From an uncultured Armatimonadia bacterium (GTDB taxonomy: Bacteria; Armatimonadota; Zipacnadia; CAVVLO01): a DNA stretch of 64,000 bases. The stretch's first letter is position 1. Every line of letters begins with the position of its first letter. Positions 49,244 through 60,114 of the stretch are shown piece after piece. Where the stretch lies: the NCBI GenBank assembly GCA_963749155.1, contig CAVVLO010000003.1:448001-512000 (forward strand), given 5' to 3'. The notes under the pieces are model-generated. The model was not told where the DNA came from. It worked only from the letters and a program-made list of their open reading frames with translations, and made no database searches. A program made the position numbers and the translations under genes.

Positions 49244-51317
49244 ATGATACTGAAGCGACTTGACGGGACTGTGATAGGCGAGGGCAAGACCCTCCGTGAG
49301 ATTGCAGAGGCGAACAAGGCCAACCTGAGCGAGGCCAACCTGCGCGGGGCCGACCTGAGCGGGGCCAACCTGAGCGAGGCCGACCTGAGCGAGGCCAACC
49401 TGAGCGAGGCCAACCTGAGCGAGGCCTACCTGAGCAAGGCCGACCTGACCGGGGCCAACCTGAGCGGGGCCAACCTGAGCGAGGCTGATCTGAGCGGGGC
49501 CAATCTGAGCGAGGCCAACCTGAGCGGGGCCAACCTGCGCGGGGCCGACCTGACAGGGGCCAAGTTACCCACTTACCAGCTCTTGCGAATTGATGGCACT
49601 CTGATTGGCGAATCATATAACGCGCGACGAGCTGCCGAGGTATATAAGGCCGACCTGAGATGGGCCAACCTGAGCAAAGCCGACCTGAGCGAGGCCGACC
49701 TGAGGCAATCTGCGGGGCCGACCTGATACTGCGCGAGGCCAACCTGAGCGAGGCCAACCTGAGGCGGGCCGACCTGAGCGGGGCCAACCTGAGCAGGGCC
49801 AACCTGAGCGGGGCCAACCTGAGCGAGGCCAACCTGAGCGGGGCCAACCTGAGCGGGGCCAACCTGAGCGGGGCCAACCTGAGCAAGGCCAACCTGAGCG
49901 AGGCCAACCTGAGCGGGGCCGACCTGAGCGGGGCCAACCTGAGCGGGGCCAACCTGAGCGGGGCCAACCTGAGCGGGGCCGACCTGGCAGCCGATGGGCC
50001 AACCTGAGCGGGGCCGACCTGAGCGGGGCCAACCTGAGCGGGGCCGACCTGAGCAGGGCCGACCTGAGCGAGGGCCGACCTGAGCGGGGCCAACCTGAGC
50101 AGGCTGACGGCCGACCTGAGCGGGGCCAACCTGAGCGGGGCCAACCTGAGCGGGGCCAACCTGCAGCGAGGCCATGAGCCTGGCAGCTGCCGAGGCCAAC
50201 CTGAGCGGGGCCAACCTGAGCGGGGCCGACCTGACGCGAGGCCAACCTGGAGGGGGCCGACCTGAGCGGGGCCAACCTGAGCAGGGCCGACCTGCAGCAT
50301 GAGGCCGACCTGAGAGGCCACCTGAGAGGCCGACCTGAGCGGGGCCAACCTGAGCGAGGCCAACCTGAGCGGGGCCAACCTGAGGGGCCAGGTTGCCCAC
50401 TTACCAGCTCTTGCGAGTTGATGGCACTCTGATTGGCGAATCATACAACGCGCGCCGAGCTGCCGAGGTACATAAGGCTGACCTGCGCGAGGCCAACCTG
50501 AGCAAGGCCAACCTGAGCGAGGCCGACCTGCACAAGGCCAACCTGAGCGGGGCCGACCTGAGCGGGGCCAACCTGAGCGGGGCCAACCTGAGCGGGGCCA
50601 ACCTGAGCAGGGCCAACCTGAGCGGGCCAACCTGAGCTGGCCAACCTGAGCGGGGCCTGGCAGGCCAACCTGCGCGAGGCCAACCTGAGCGAGGCCAACC
50701 TGAGCGAGGCCAACCTGAGCGAGGCCGACCTGAGCGGGGCCAACCTGAGCGGGGCCAACCTGAGGGGCCGACCTGCGCGAGGCCAACCTGAGCGGGGCCA
50801 ACCTGACTGCCGAAAGGCCGACCTGAGCGGGGCCAACCTGAGCGGGGCCAACCTGAGCGGGGCCAACCTGAGCGAGGCCAACCTGAGCGGGGCCGACCTG
50901 AGCAGGGCCGACCTGCGCGGGGCCAACCTGAGCGGGGCCAACCTGAGCGGGGCCAACCTGAGCGGGGCCGACCTGCGGGGCCAACTGCGGGGCCAACCTG
51001 AGCAACCGACCTGAGCGGCCGACCTGCGAGGCACTGAGCGGCCGACCTGAGCGAGGCCGACCTGAGCGGGGCCGACCTGAGCGGGGCCGACCTGCGGGGC
51101 CAACCTGCGCGGGGCCAACCTGAGCGGGGCCAACCTGAGCGGGGCCAACCTGAGCAGCCGACCTGGGCAGCCGACCTGAGCGAGGCCGACCTGAGCAGCA
51201 GGCCAACCTGACGCGGGGCCGACCTGAGCGGGGCCAACCTGAGCGGGGCCAACCTGAGCGGGGCCAACCTGAGCGGGGCTGTCATCAGACGCTGGACACG
51301 CAAGGCTTGCCAAGTAG
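49244..51317 (+). CDS. Long modular pentapeptide-repeat protein; numerous frameshifts within the repeats
   Basis: [17 protein letters not shown]...; about 2 kb of 15-bp units GCC(A/G)ACCTGAGC(GGG/GAG) encoding A(N/D)LS(G/E). Probable end [16 protein letters not shown] at 51317 after a one-base correction. Confidence 0.8.
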
Positions 51318-51328
51318 CTAGAGGCCCA

Positions 51329-51377
51329 GGGCTTGTATACGAGACAGTAGTTTCGTATACAGGCCCCCCTCTTTTTG
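51329..51377 (+). terminator. Rho-independent terminator after the pentapeptide gene
   Basis: GGGCTTGTATACGAGAC-AGTA-GTTTCGTATACAGGCCC long stem followed by CTCTTTTT. Confidence 0.6.
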
Positions 51378-51440
51378 TGCTCGACCCGAGGCCGGTCGCG
51401 GCCGGAGATTGGCTCACCCAGGCGCGAAGCGAAACCGGGG

Positions 51441-51640
51441 GCCTGCCCCGAGCCTGTCGAGGGGTGCAGGGGGCAATGCCCCCTGCGCCTTTGGAGAGCT
51501 GTAAAAAGCAAGGGCGGGCTAACGCCCGCCTTTTTGAAGGGAAAAAATAAAAGGCAAAGGCGAAAGAAATATCACTTACAGACGTGGGGGGGCGTGAGCG
51601 AAGCTCACGAATACCCCCACACCCCCAGACTCGCTACGCG
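51441..51640. repeat. REP-like palindrome cluster including a terminator-like hairpin
   Basis: Exact second copy of GGGTGCAGGGGGCAATGCCCCCTGCG (51462-51487) and of GGGGGGCGTGAGCGAAGCTCACGA (about 51587); CCGAGCCTGTCGAGGG motif; GGCGGGC-TAAC-GCCCGCC-TTTTT at 51513-51535. Confidence 0.75.
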
Positions 51641-51661
51641 TCTCATCCGAGATGGCGTCCC

Positions 51662-54600
51662 TTAGTCCACCACCAGCAGGTTGATAGTCACTTTCTCGCC
51701 GAAGGTCGTGTCGGGCCAGGAGCCCATCACGAACTCCAGAGGCCTCGAGTCGCGAGCGTCCATTATCTGGAAGTCCTCGATATTGGCTGTACCGCAGAAG
51801 GGCACGTCCTCGGAGAGCGGTTTCAGCGCCTCTCCGCATTGAAGCACGACGATGCCCTCGGCCGGCTGCGCCTGCAATCCACATCGCATCGCCGTTATTG
51901 CCCACCTGGGCGCGCGCGAGGACAGGGGCGCCTCGCTTCACCCGCACGGTATCGCCGTCGGTCACTTCCTGCCACTGGCCTTCAGCGTTCAGCAGCCAGA
52001 GATAATCGAACTCCGCGTTGAGGTACTTCGGTGGATTGACGCCAGGCTTCAGCGGCACGTTGCCGATTGCAAGTGGCGGAGCCGTCACGCTGGTCAGCCC
52101 CTCGCCGATGCGTCGCAGGGCAGGCCATTTGCCCTCTTCTTCGATGAGCTGCCAGAAGCGCTTTTCTACTTGCTGGTATACGCCGTTGATGCCCTGGGTG
52201 GTCGAATCCCGGTCCACAACGATGTACTCGTCAGGCTCGAAGTCGGCGCGCGGCGGCTGGAAGAGAGGCGACCAGTCCTTGATTGAATAGCTTACCGGCC
52301 GCCAGCTACCATCGGGATTGATATTGCCGTAATCGCTGTTCTCGCCATACCTGAAGCCGCCCGGATACCACCAGGCGACAGTGCCATCGGCGCCGGAGAG
52401 ATAAGCCATCCGGTAGAAATCGCGGTAGTAATGGCCGATCTCCACCTCCTTGACGAGGTCGCGCTCCATCGTGCCGCGGTTCCAGGAACTGTTGCCGAAC
52501 TCGGCCCACATCACCGGGCGGCCAGGGGCCATCGCGCGCCCCCAGGCCACATCGAACCAGCCTGGTTTTACGCGGTCCCAATCACCGATGCGCCCATAGC
52601 CTTCCGGCTCCATTATGTCGACGGTCCTTGCCAGGCCCCGGAAGTCATAAGCGATCCAGCTTCCTCCGACTGTTGGGTTGCCTGCTTCGGACATCCGGAA
52701 GCTGGTGTAGTGGATGGGATCGAGGCTTTTTACCAGGCGATTCGCCGTGCCGTACTTCTTCCCCAGCAGGTCGTCGAGGAAGCGCCTGTACGCGCATACC
52801 ATCACGTGGTGCGTTCCTTCTGTGCTGCACTGGACATCTGAAGGATTGGTCACCTTGCCGGCCTCATCACGCGGGACAGGCACCCCCCAGTCAGCCTCGG
52901 CGGCCGCCAGGCTGCCATAACGCTCAACGACCCAGGCTTCCCAGTCGGCATCGTGGAGGAGACGCATCCCGTGGTTGCCAAACTGAGGCTCCCAGGCAAG
53001 GTCATAGGCGAAGAAGGTCGTGTTCTCGGCCAGTCGGTAGCCTTCGATTAACTCCTTCATAAGGGGCCATTGGAAATCCAGCGGTGTGCCAGGGCGCAGC
53101 GAGAGGTTAACTCTGAGGTCAAGGCGCCGGCAGCGCTCCAAGAGGTCGGTCAGGTTACCGCTATCAAGGGAATTGTGGTAGCAGAAGACACTAATCATAT
53201 TCATCCCCAGCGCCACGCAACGCTCCAGGTCGCGCTGGATGACGATGGGATCGTAGGCCTGCTTGCCCACCCACCACTCGAAATAGGGGCCATCTTCGAT
53301 GCCGACACCGCTCGAAGGCATATAGTTGGTACCATGGGGATACCAGCGCACCTCGCCAATTGTGAAGTGCCCATCGCGGATGCGCACCGGCTCGGGTTGC
53401 TTCGAAGGTCGGGAGACCACAACAGGATGCGAGAGCCAGTCCAGCAGGTTGCCTGACGCATCGCGCAGCTCGCAGGTCACTGTGTAGTCGTCGCTTGCAA
53501 AGTCAGCAGGCCAGGCAACCTCGGCTTTGCCCTCCGAGAGGGGCGTCTGGGCTTCGAAGACAGTATTAGCGCCCTCGGTCACAGAAAAAGCCACCGTGTC
53601 ACCAGCAAGTGGCGCCTCTCCCATCGCAACTACGCGCGCGCGCCGAGCACAGGTTTTGAGTCTTCAAAGTAGGCGTAGCTGTCGGCCCCACCCTCGAAGA
53701 GGAACTGTCCCTGCTTCATCCGGGCCAGCGTCGCCGTAACGAGCCCAAGCACTTCCGGACGGGCCAGATATTCGGTCGGCAGCGCAAAGCTGCTGGTGAT
53801 AGCGCCAGGATAGCCATCGCTCTGGTGCAGGATTAAACAGGCCGGCGTGCCGCAGACCTCGCCCTCTTCGGTCGCGAGCCTCGATCAGGGGGATCCAGCG
53901 CCATTTTTTGTCCCTGTTGTAGCCAGTGCCCTGAGGGCGCGGATGGACAGACCCGAAGGCTTCTTTGGGCAGTTCCAGGGCGGCCTCGGGCAGCAGTTTC
54001 TGCTTGCCGCTGACTTCCAGCCCCTTCGCGTTGGTCACCTCAAAGAATTTGTAAGCGGGATAGAGCTGCTCTACGATTGGGAAGTCGAACTCCAGCGCAA
54101 GCCCTTCGTCCTCCAGCGGGCTGGGCGCGGTGCCGATATCGGCAATCCACAGTTCATGCGGGCCGGCATTGACCGGTGTATGCGTCAAGGCAAGCCCAAC
54201 GGCGAAGTGAGAGGCCTGCTCGGGGTTGAAACTATCGCCTGCATAGCCGCGATTCTTCGAAGCGCTGTCATGCCAGTATTTGAACTCACTGGGCCTAAGT
54301 GAATAATGGCGCCATTCGCGCGTCACGGGCACTACAGCAATCCAGCGCGAGCCGTCCTGTTCTGTCCACTCGAAGGACATACTGGTCGTGTTGACGCCGC
54401 CTTTGGCCCAGAAGCAGGTAAGTTTCTCGCCGGGCCGGAAGGTCTCCGCCAGGTCGGTGATACCGAGGGTAGCCCAGCTTACCATCCGGGGAGAATCCAG
54501 CTTGAGGCTCATTACGCTGGGCCTCGGCCCTTCCTCAGAAAAGCTCCAGGTGGCCTCTGTATCAGGCCCGCCTCCCTGGGGGAAGTCCGCGATGTCTGCG

Positions 54601-55427
54601 GTAGCGGGATTGAAAATCAGATGAGAAGGCTCAATCGCAGCCAGTCTGTCCATCAACTCTTGCTGGGTTAGCCAGTTGGCTCCAAACCGACGCAGGGGTT
54701 GCTCCAGCAGGGGACCGCCCAGGGTCATAACATCGCCGCCGCCTTCGAGGAAACGCCTGAAGGCTCGCCCTCCATCGGCCGGGTAGGCTGGGCAACTGGG
54801 TATCACAAGCCCCCAGAAGCGCTCTGTCGTCAGGATGTCAGGATTGGAGACTTCACTTGCCGAAAGCTCGATATGCTCGAGCCCCGCCGCATCGAGACCG
54901 GCGATGAGCTTCCCTGCGAAATCGCCGTCATAACCCGGATAATCGTCATACAACACAGCAAGCAGCTTGCCGGAAATCTGTTTGGGATCCACCTGGCGCG
55001 CCCACTCCTTTGCCTCGGCGACCTGCTTCTCAAACTGGACCGCCTCTTCGTTAGTGATAAGTCTGATCGGGCGCGTGGCCAGTATTCCACCAACGGCCTC
55101 GCGCCAATCGGTACCGAACCACAGAGCAAAAGTTATTGGGTTGCCCTGCTCGATCATCGGCGCGGTGAACTCGACCTGCTGCTCGCCTTTGCCCTTTGCA
55201 TCCACTACCTGCCAGGCCAGCACGTCGTTCGAGGGCACCTTCAACTCAATATGCAAAGGCAGCGCGCCGAAGCTCTCCGGCACGTCCCAGGTGACAGTAA
55301 AGGTAAATTTGGCGCCCTCGACCACTTCGTAGGGCAGGTCAGCGACGCCAGGGGCAGGCTGGTCGGCAGCCAGTGCGACCAGGGGGAGCAAAGCAATAAG
55401 CAGAGTAAGAACGAGTATACGCAACAT
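51662..55427 (-). CDS. Large secreted clan GH-A-like glycoside hydrolase with CBM11-like module; frameshifts near 53870-53630 and 51870
   Basis: Signal peptide; CFWAKG...EWTEQDGSRW....VTREWRHYSL..SEF module; YPHGTNYMP, DLERCVALGMNMI, AYDLAWEP (acid/base-like) and PVMWAEFG (nucleophile-like). ORFs 53664-55427, 51576-53624 and 51662-51889 join. Confidence 0.65.
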
Positions 55428-55496
55428 AAGACGAACCTCCGACAGAACGTTCAGCCGGAGAGTTCGCCAAGGCAGCTTCCTTCCCTGCCGGATTGC

Positions 55497-56054
55497 CTAG
55501 AGCCCGGCGCGTTCGAGCAAAAGCAGGATAACCAGTATCACCAGTCCGACCAGCCCCATCACCAGCCACTCTGGCAGTTTCAGCACTTCCGGCAGCCGCA
55601 CTGGGCCCAGGTAACCGCGTTTTAGAAACTTCTCGCGCAGCCAGGGGAAGCTCCAGGCATAGGCGGCTGAACCAAGCAAGATGCCAGGAATACCGACCAG
55701 TCCCGCATCGAGCGCTCCGTGGCCTGTCCCGGCTACGATTGTGCCAGGGCAATAGCCAAGCAGCGCAAAACCTATCCCGAACAAGGCCGCGCCAGGCACA
55801 GTGCCGCCCAGCAGGAAGGGCTTGATGTGGAAGTCTGCCTGTTTCAGGCCAACGATAACGTGGACCCCGACCATCCCCACCAGCACAGCCGAAAGCATCA
55901 CTTTCAGCACCGTGAAATCTCTCAGCAGCAATTGACCCAGGATGACATCGTAGTAAGCGACGCCACTCTTTTCAAGGAAGATCCCAAACACGAGGCCCGC
56001 CGCAAGGGCGATGAAAGGCTGGATTCGCTTGTTTTGCTGCAGTCTTCTGAACAT
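55497..56054 (-). CDS. YeeE/YedE-family sulfur transport membrane protein
   Basis: GLVFGIFL..SG, LFGIGFALLGYCPGT motif. Confidence 0.85.
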   Translation of the reverse strand: MFRRLQQNKRIQPFIALAAGLVFGIFLEKSGVAYYDVILGQLLLRDFTVLKVMLSAVLVGMVGVHVIVGLKQADFHIKPFLLGGTVPGAALFGIGFALLGYCPGTIVAGTGHGALDAGLVGIPGILLGSAAYAWSFPWLREKFLKRGYLGPVRLPEVLKLPEWLVMGLVGLVILVILLLLERAGL

Positions 56055-56057
56055 CGC

Positions 56058-56571
56058 TCAGCCCCCCATCATCAGGAAAGCCGTCAGTATGCCGAAGGCG
56101 AAAAAGAGGAGCACAGCCACCCAACTGCTGAGGGCCAGTTGCATCGTGCCCGAGAGCCCGTGACCGCTGGTGCAGCCATTGGCCCAGCGCGCCCCGTAGC
56201 CCGTGAGGACAGCCCCCCACAAGTCCGACGAAGGCGCGGATTGCTACACTGTCGCAGGCTTCAGTTTTCCATAGTTCCGGCACGAACACCGCGCGGAAGC
56301 TGCCCGAGGCAAGAGAGGAGATCAGCCCGCCCAGAAAGATGCCTGCCACCAGCAGCCAGCCCCAGTCAATTTGGGGCTTTACCTCCTGATAATAAGGCCT
56401 TTCAAGTGTCTTGCTCCCCCGGAAGAGCTTCTCTAGCAGCCCTGCCGTCTTCGCGAAAGCCGTCGAACAGCCCAGATACTCGTTGGAAAGCAGAAAAACA
56501 AGCCAGGAGAGCACGCCCAGGCCTGCTCCGCAGACGTAAGGATTCCAGTGTTCAAGCGCAAGCCACTCCAC
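56058..56571 (-). CDS. YeeE/YedE-family sulfur transport membrane protein; frameshift near 56215
   Basis: WNPYVCGAGLG, LGCSTAF, GIFLGGLISS..SG.F. After correction GYGARWANGCTSGHGLSG, ending LMMGG-stop at 56058. Confidence 0.8.
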
Positions 56572-56584
56572 AAGACTACCCTCC

Positions 56585-58021
56585 TTAGCCTGCCACTGGC
56601 GATGCGATGCCCAGATATTGCGGCCCGTGCGGCAGAGCGCAGACGCGACACTCGGGGCCGCGCTTCACAAGCTGATAGGCCGGCACGCCGCCCGCCAGGT
56701 TGAAGAGCTGCCCGAAGCCTCGCTGCTCGAGCAGGCTGCAGCCCAGGCTGCTGCGCTGGCCGCTGCCGCACATCACCACGGTCGGCAGCGTCGGGTCGAG
56801 TTCTGTATACCGGGTGCGAAGCGAGGCAACCGGGATATTAACCGAACCTTCGAGGTGGACACCCGCGAACTCGTTTGGGGTGCGCGTATCCACCAGTTGC
56901 AACTTTTCTCCGGCCTCTTGCAGCCTGATAAGTTCGCGCGGGGCAAGCTGCGTGGTCGAGGTGGTATCCAGCCCGAAGCGCGTCCAGGCGAAAACTCCAC
57001 CCGAGAGATAACCTGTTACGTCGTCCAGGCCCACCCGGCGCAGCCAGACTGTCGCCTCCGAGGCTTGCTCGGGTGAGTCAGCAACCAGCAGCAGTTCTCT
57101 ATCGGGCGGCAGCACCCAGCCCGAGAAGGTCGCAAAGTTCATCCTGAGGTCGATAGAATACGAACCAGGCACGTGCATTCCGCCATAGGCCTCAAAAGGC
57201 CTGGTATCAATCAGCGCAGCCTGGCCGGAGGCGAGTTTTCGCTCCACCACGCGCGGAGAAAGCGGCGCCAGCTCAGGCAGTTCGCTTATCCTCGTCGGTC
57301 CTGCGGTGTTGATGAAGGTACACCTGCCAAAATGGTCGGGCGCCTCGGGCATCCCCGCGAGCAAGGCCGCACTGAAAGCCTCGACGCCCTTCGGCTTGAG
57401 CGCCTGGTTGTAGAGCCGCTCATAGCCAATCGTGCTGCTGCGTTTTGCCCCAAGCGCGCGCCCACAGAGCGACCCTGCGGCGTGGGCCGGATACACCTCG
57501 CAAAAATCCGGCAGCTTGAACAGCTTCTCGGTCAGGCTGACATAAAGCCTGGCAGCCAGTTCTTCGGCCCGCCCTGGGAAAAGGTCCGGCCTGCCGACGT
57601 CACCCACGAACAGGGTGTCTCCACAGAACACCGCCACAGGCTCAGGACCGCGCTCGAGGTCCGAGACGACATAACTTATATGCTCTGGAGTATGGCCTGG
57701 TGTCTCCAGCACCGCTAGCTGGAGCCCGTCCAGCTCGAAGCTATCACCCTCGGCAAGGCCCAGATGCTCGAATTTGCACTCAGCGCTTTTGGGCGCATAG
57801 ACAGGCGCTCCCGTGGCCGCTGCCAGGTCCAGATGACCCGAGACAAAATCCGCGTGCAGGTGGGTCTCGAGAATAGCCGATATTCGATAACCGAGGTTTT
57901 CGGCGGCTTCGAGGTAAATCGAGATATCGCGCCTGGGATCAACGATTGCGCACTCTGTCCGTCCCGCGAGCAGATAGGAACTGTGAGCCAGTTGCGAGGT
58001 ATGAAACTGTTGTATCATCAT
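56585..58021 (-). CDS. Metallo-beta-lactamase-fold persulfide dioxygenase fused to two rhodanese domains
   Basis: ETHLHADFVSG, TPGHTPEH, GDTLFVGDVGRPDL, VYPAHAAGSLCG. The first rhodanese domain lacks the Cys; the second has VMCGSGQRS. Confidence 0.9.
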   Translation of the reverse strand: MMIQQFHTSQLAHSSYLLAGRTECAIVDPRRDISIYLEAAENLGYRISAILETHLHADFVSGHLDLAAATGAPVYAPKSAECKFEHLGLAEGDSFELDGLQLAVLETPGHTPEHISYVVSDLERGPEPVAVFCGDTLFVGDVGRPDLFPGRAEELAARLYVSLTEKLFKLPDFCEVYPAHAAGSLCGRALGAKRSSTIGYERLYNQALKPKGVEAFSAALLAGMPEAPDHFGRCTFINTAGPTRISELPELAPLSPRVVERKLASGQAALIDTRPFEAYGGMHVPGSYSIDLRMNFATFSGWVLPPDRELLLVADSPEQASEATVWLRRVGLDDVTGYLSGGVFAWTRFGLDTTSTTQLAPRELIRLQEAGEKLQLVDTRTPNEFAGVHLEGSVNIPVASLRTRYTELDPTLPTVVMCGSGQRSSLGCSLLEQRGFGQLFNLAGGVPAYQLVKRGPECRVCALPHGPQYLGIASPVAG

Positions 58022-58167
58022 GGTACATCCCTCCCTGATTGGCCGGCTTTTGCCCAAGGCTGGTTTTGTAATCTTCTTTTCGTGCAACTCAATATCCTCT
58101 TTTCGCAGGAGAGAGCCTGCTCCTGGGCGAACTCTCTCGAAGTCGCACCGCACCGGAGGAGCAAGCA

Positions 58168-59076
58168 ATGCCGAAACCTCTGCCCAACCTGTGGGAGTCC
58201 GATCCCGCGACCCTCAGGCTTGGCCTTTGCCAGGTCTACACCCGCCAATGGGATGTGGAAGGCAATTTCGAGCGGGCTCTGGCCTCACTCGAGGAAGCCG
58301 CCCGGCAGGGCGCCGACCTGGCTGTCACTCCCGAATGTGTCATCCACGGTTATGGTTTTGACACGGTAGAGGATTATGAAGCCGAGATGACCCGCGTTGC
58401 AGAGCCACTCGAGGGTCCTCGCCTCTCTCTGGTCCGTCATAAAGCCCGCGAGTTGGGGATTGATGTGTTGTTTGGTTTTGCGGAAGCGGGCGCAGAGGGA
58501 CGTATCCACAACTCCGCGGCCTTCATCAGCCGCGAGGGCGAGATACTCTTCTGCTATCGCAAGGTCCACTGCCGAGATTTCGAGCAGGCAGGCTGCGGGG
58601 GCGTCTTCGTCCCCGGAAGTGACTTCCATGTGGTGGAGCGCAAGTACCGGGGGCACCAGTTCCGCCTCGGAGCGATGATCTGTTTCGACAGGGAGATACC
58701 CGAAACCGTGCGTTGCCTTCGCGCTCTGGGGGCAGAACTGGTCCTTTGCCCACTGGCCTGCAACACGGACCGCCTGACCGAGCCCCTGCACCGCGCGGAT
58801 AATGAGCCGGTGACGCGTGTCCGGGCCGCCGAGAACGAGCTTTTCATTGCTGTAGTCAACCACGCAGGCCGCTTCAATGGCGGCAGCTATGTCCTCGGAC
58901 CATCGGGCGAAGAATTCCTCCAGCTTGGCCCAGATGCCGAGGTGCGTATGATAGAGCTGCCAGTTGGCGCGATAAAACCCTTCTTCCACTCCCAGCCCTG
59001 GGGCTGGATGGGCTGGGGCTTCCGCCGACCCGAGGTCTACCGAAAATACTTGCCTGAAGGCAAGGGGGAATCCTGA
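58168..59076 (+). CDS. Carbon-nitrogen hydrolase (nitrilase superfamily)
   Basis: RBS GGAGG; VTPEC, YRKVH, MICFDRE (E-K-C triad). Confidence 0.9.
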   Translation: MPKPLPNLWESDPATLRLGLCQVYTRQWDVEGNFERALASLEEAARQGADLAVTPECVIHGYGFDTVEDYEAEMTRVAEPLEGPRLSLVRHKARELGIDVLFGFAEAGAEGRIHNSAAFISREGEILFCYRKVHCRDFEQAGCGGVFVPGSDFHVVERKYRGHQFRLGAMICFDREIPETVRCLRALGAELVLCPLACNTDRLTEPLHRADNEPVTRVRAAENELFIAVVNHAGRFNGGSYVLGPSGEEFLQLGPDAEVRMIELPVGAIKPFFHSQPWGWMGWGFRRPEVYRKYLPEGKGES

Positions 59077-60060
59077 TGCAGATGCGCGCGCTGGCCAATG
59101 TGGCTGAAAGAGAAGTCGGCTTCGTGGAGTTGCCCGCTCCGCCCGAGCCGGGCCCTACTCAGATACTTATAGAAACGGCTTATAGCGGCATAACAAACGG
59201 TACAGAGCGCCACTGCCTGGTTGGAGAGTTCGGCGCGCTCAACTTTCCAGCCTTTAACGGGTATCAACAGGTGGGACAGATCGTAGCTTTGGGCGATAAA
59301 GTGCGTGGCTTCGATCAGGGAGACTGGGTCTTCTACGGCCAGTATGTAGGCCATCGCGGCTGGAACCTGGTGGAGGTCGCCTTCAACACTCCAACCGAAA
59401 ATTGCTGGCATAATGTGGTGCAGACTCCCTGGCGCACTGGAGCCCAAATACTGCGGGCTGCTTGGAGTTGCGGGCGTCGCGCTGAGAGCGGTCCGCAGGC
59501 TGCGCGTGGGCCTCGGGCAGAAAGTCTGGGTGGTCGGCGCTGGCCTTATCGGCCAGTTCGCGGCTCAGGCGGCGCGCTGCGCCGGCGCGGAAGTGCTGGT
59601 AAGCGATGTGAATCCCGCCAGACTGAAGCAGGCGATGCTCTGCGGAGCCCGCAGCCTGGTGAACGCCACCGAACAGGACGCCTGGGAGCAGCTTCGCGCG
59701 GCAGGGCCCTTCGATGTGATTATCGACTGCTCCAGCCAGAGGTCGCTGCTTTATGATATCGCCTCCAACGGCCTGATGAAACACGGCACCGTCATCGGCC
59801 TCATCGCGGTCAGGCCCGAGGTGGTCTTCCCCTGGGGTATGCTTCACGGCACCGAAGCCTCAATCGAGGTCTCCTGCCACTTCGGCACTGCGGATGTCGA
59901 GGCGGTAATACATTATCTGGTGACAGGCCAGATGGTTGTTGAGCCCCTGATTACTCATCAACCTCCAGTGGATGAGGCGCCCGCTATCTACCGCCAGCTT
60001 GTGGAAGAACCTGGTTCTCTGCTTGGTGTGGTATTCGACTGGACAGCGGCCAGAAAGTAG
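59076..60060 (+). CDS. Medium-chain dehydrogenase (alcohol/sugar dehydrogenase-like); frameshift near 59420
   Basis: PEPGPTQILIETAYSGITNGTE, GYQQVGQIVALG, Rossmann VVGAGLIGQ, EPLITH. Confidence 0.85.
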
Positions 60061-60114
60061 TGCCAGTGCAGGAAGCCCGCTGGCCCTGTCGAACCTCTGA
60101 TGATAGCGGGGGGT

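Noticed and set aside
49310..51280. 15-bp tandem repeat as CRISPR or non-coding satellite
   Set aside because: There are no spacers; the unit length is a multiple of three and encodes pentapeptide repeats.
49146..51511. Long minus-strand ORFs of QVGPA / LRLAP / GWPRS repeats
   Set aside because: These are antisense shadows of the plus-strand pentapeptide repeat, which has the RBS and the canonical A(N/D)L motif.
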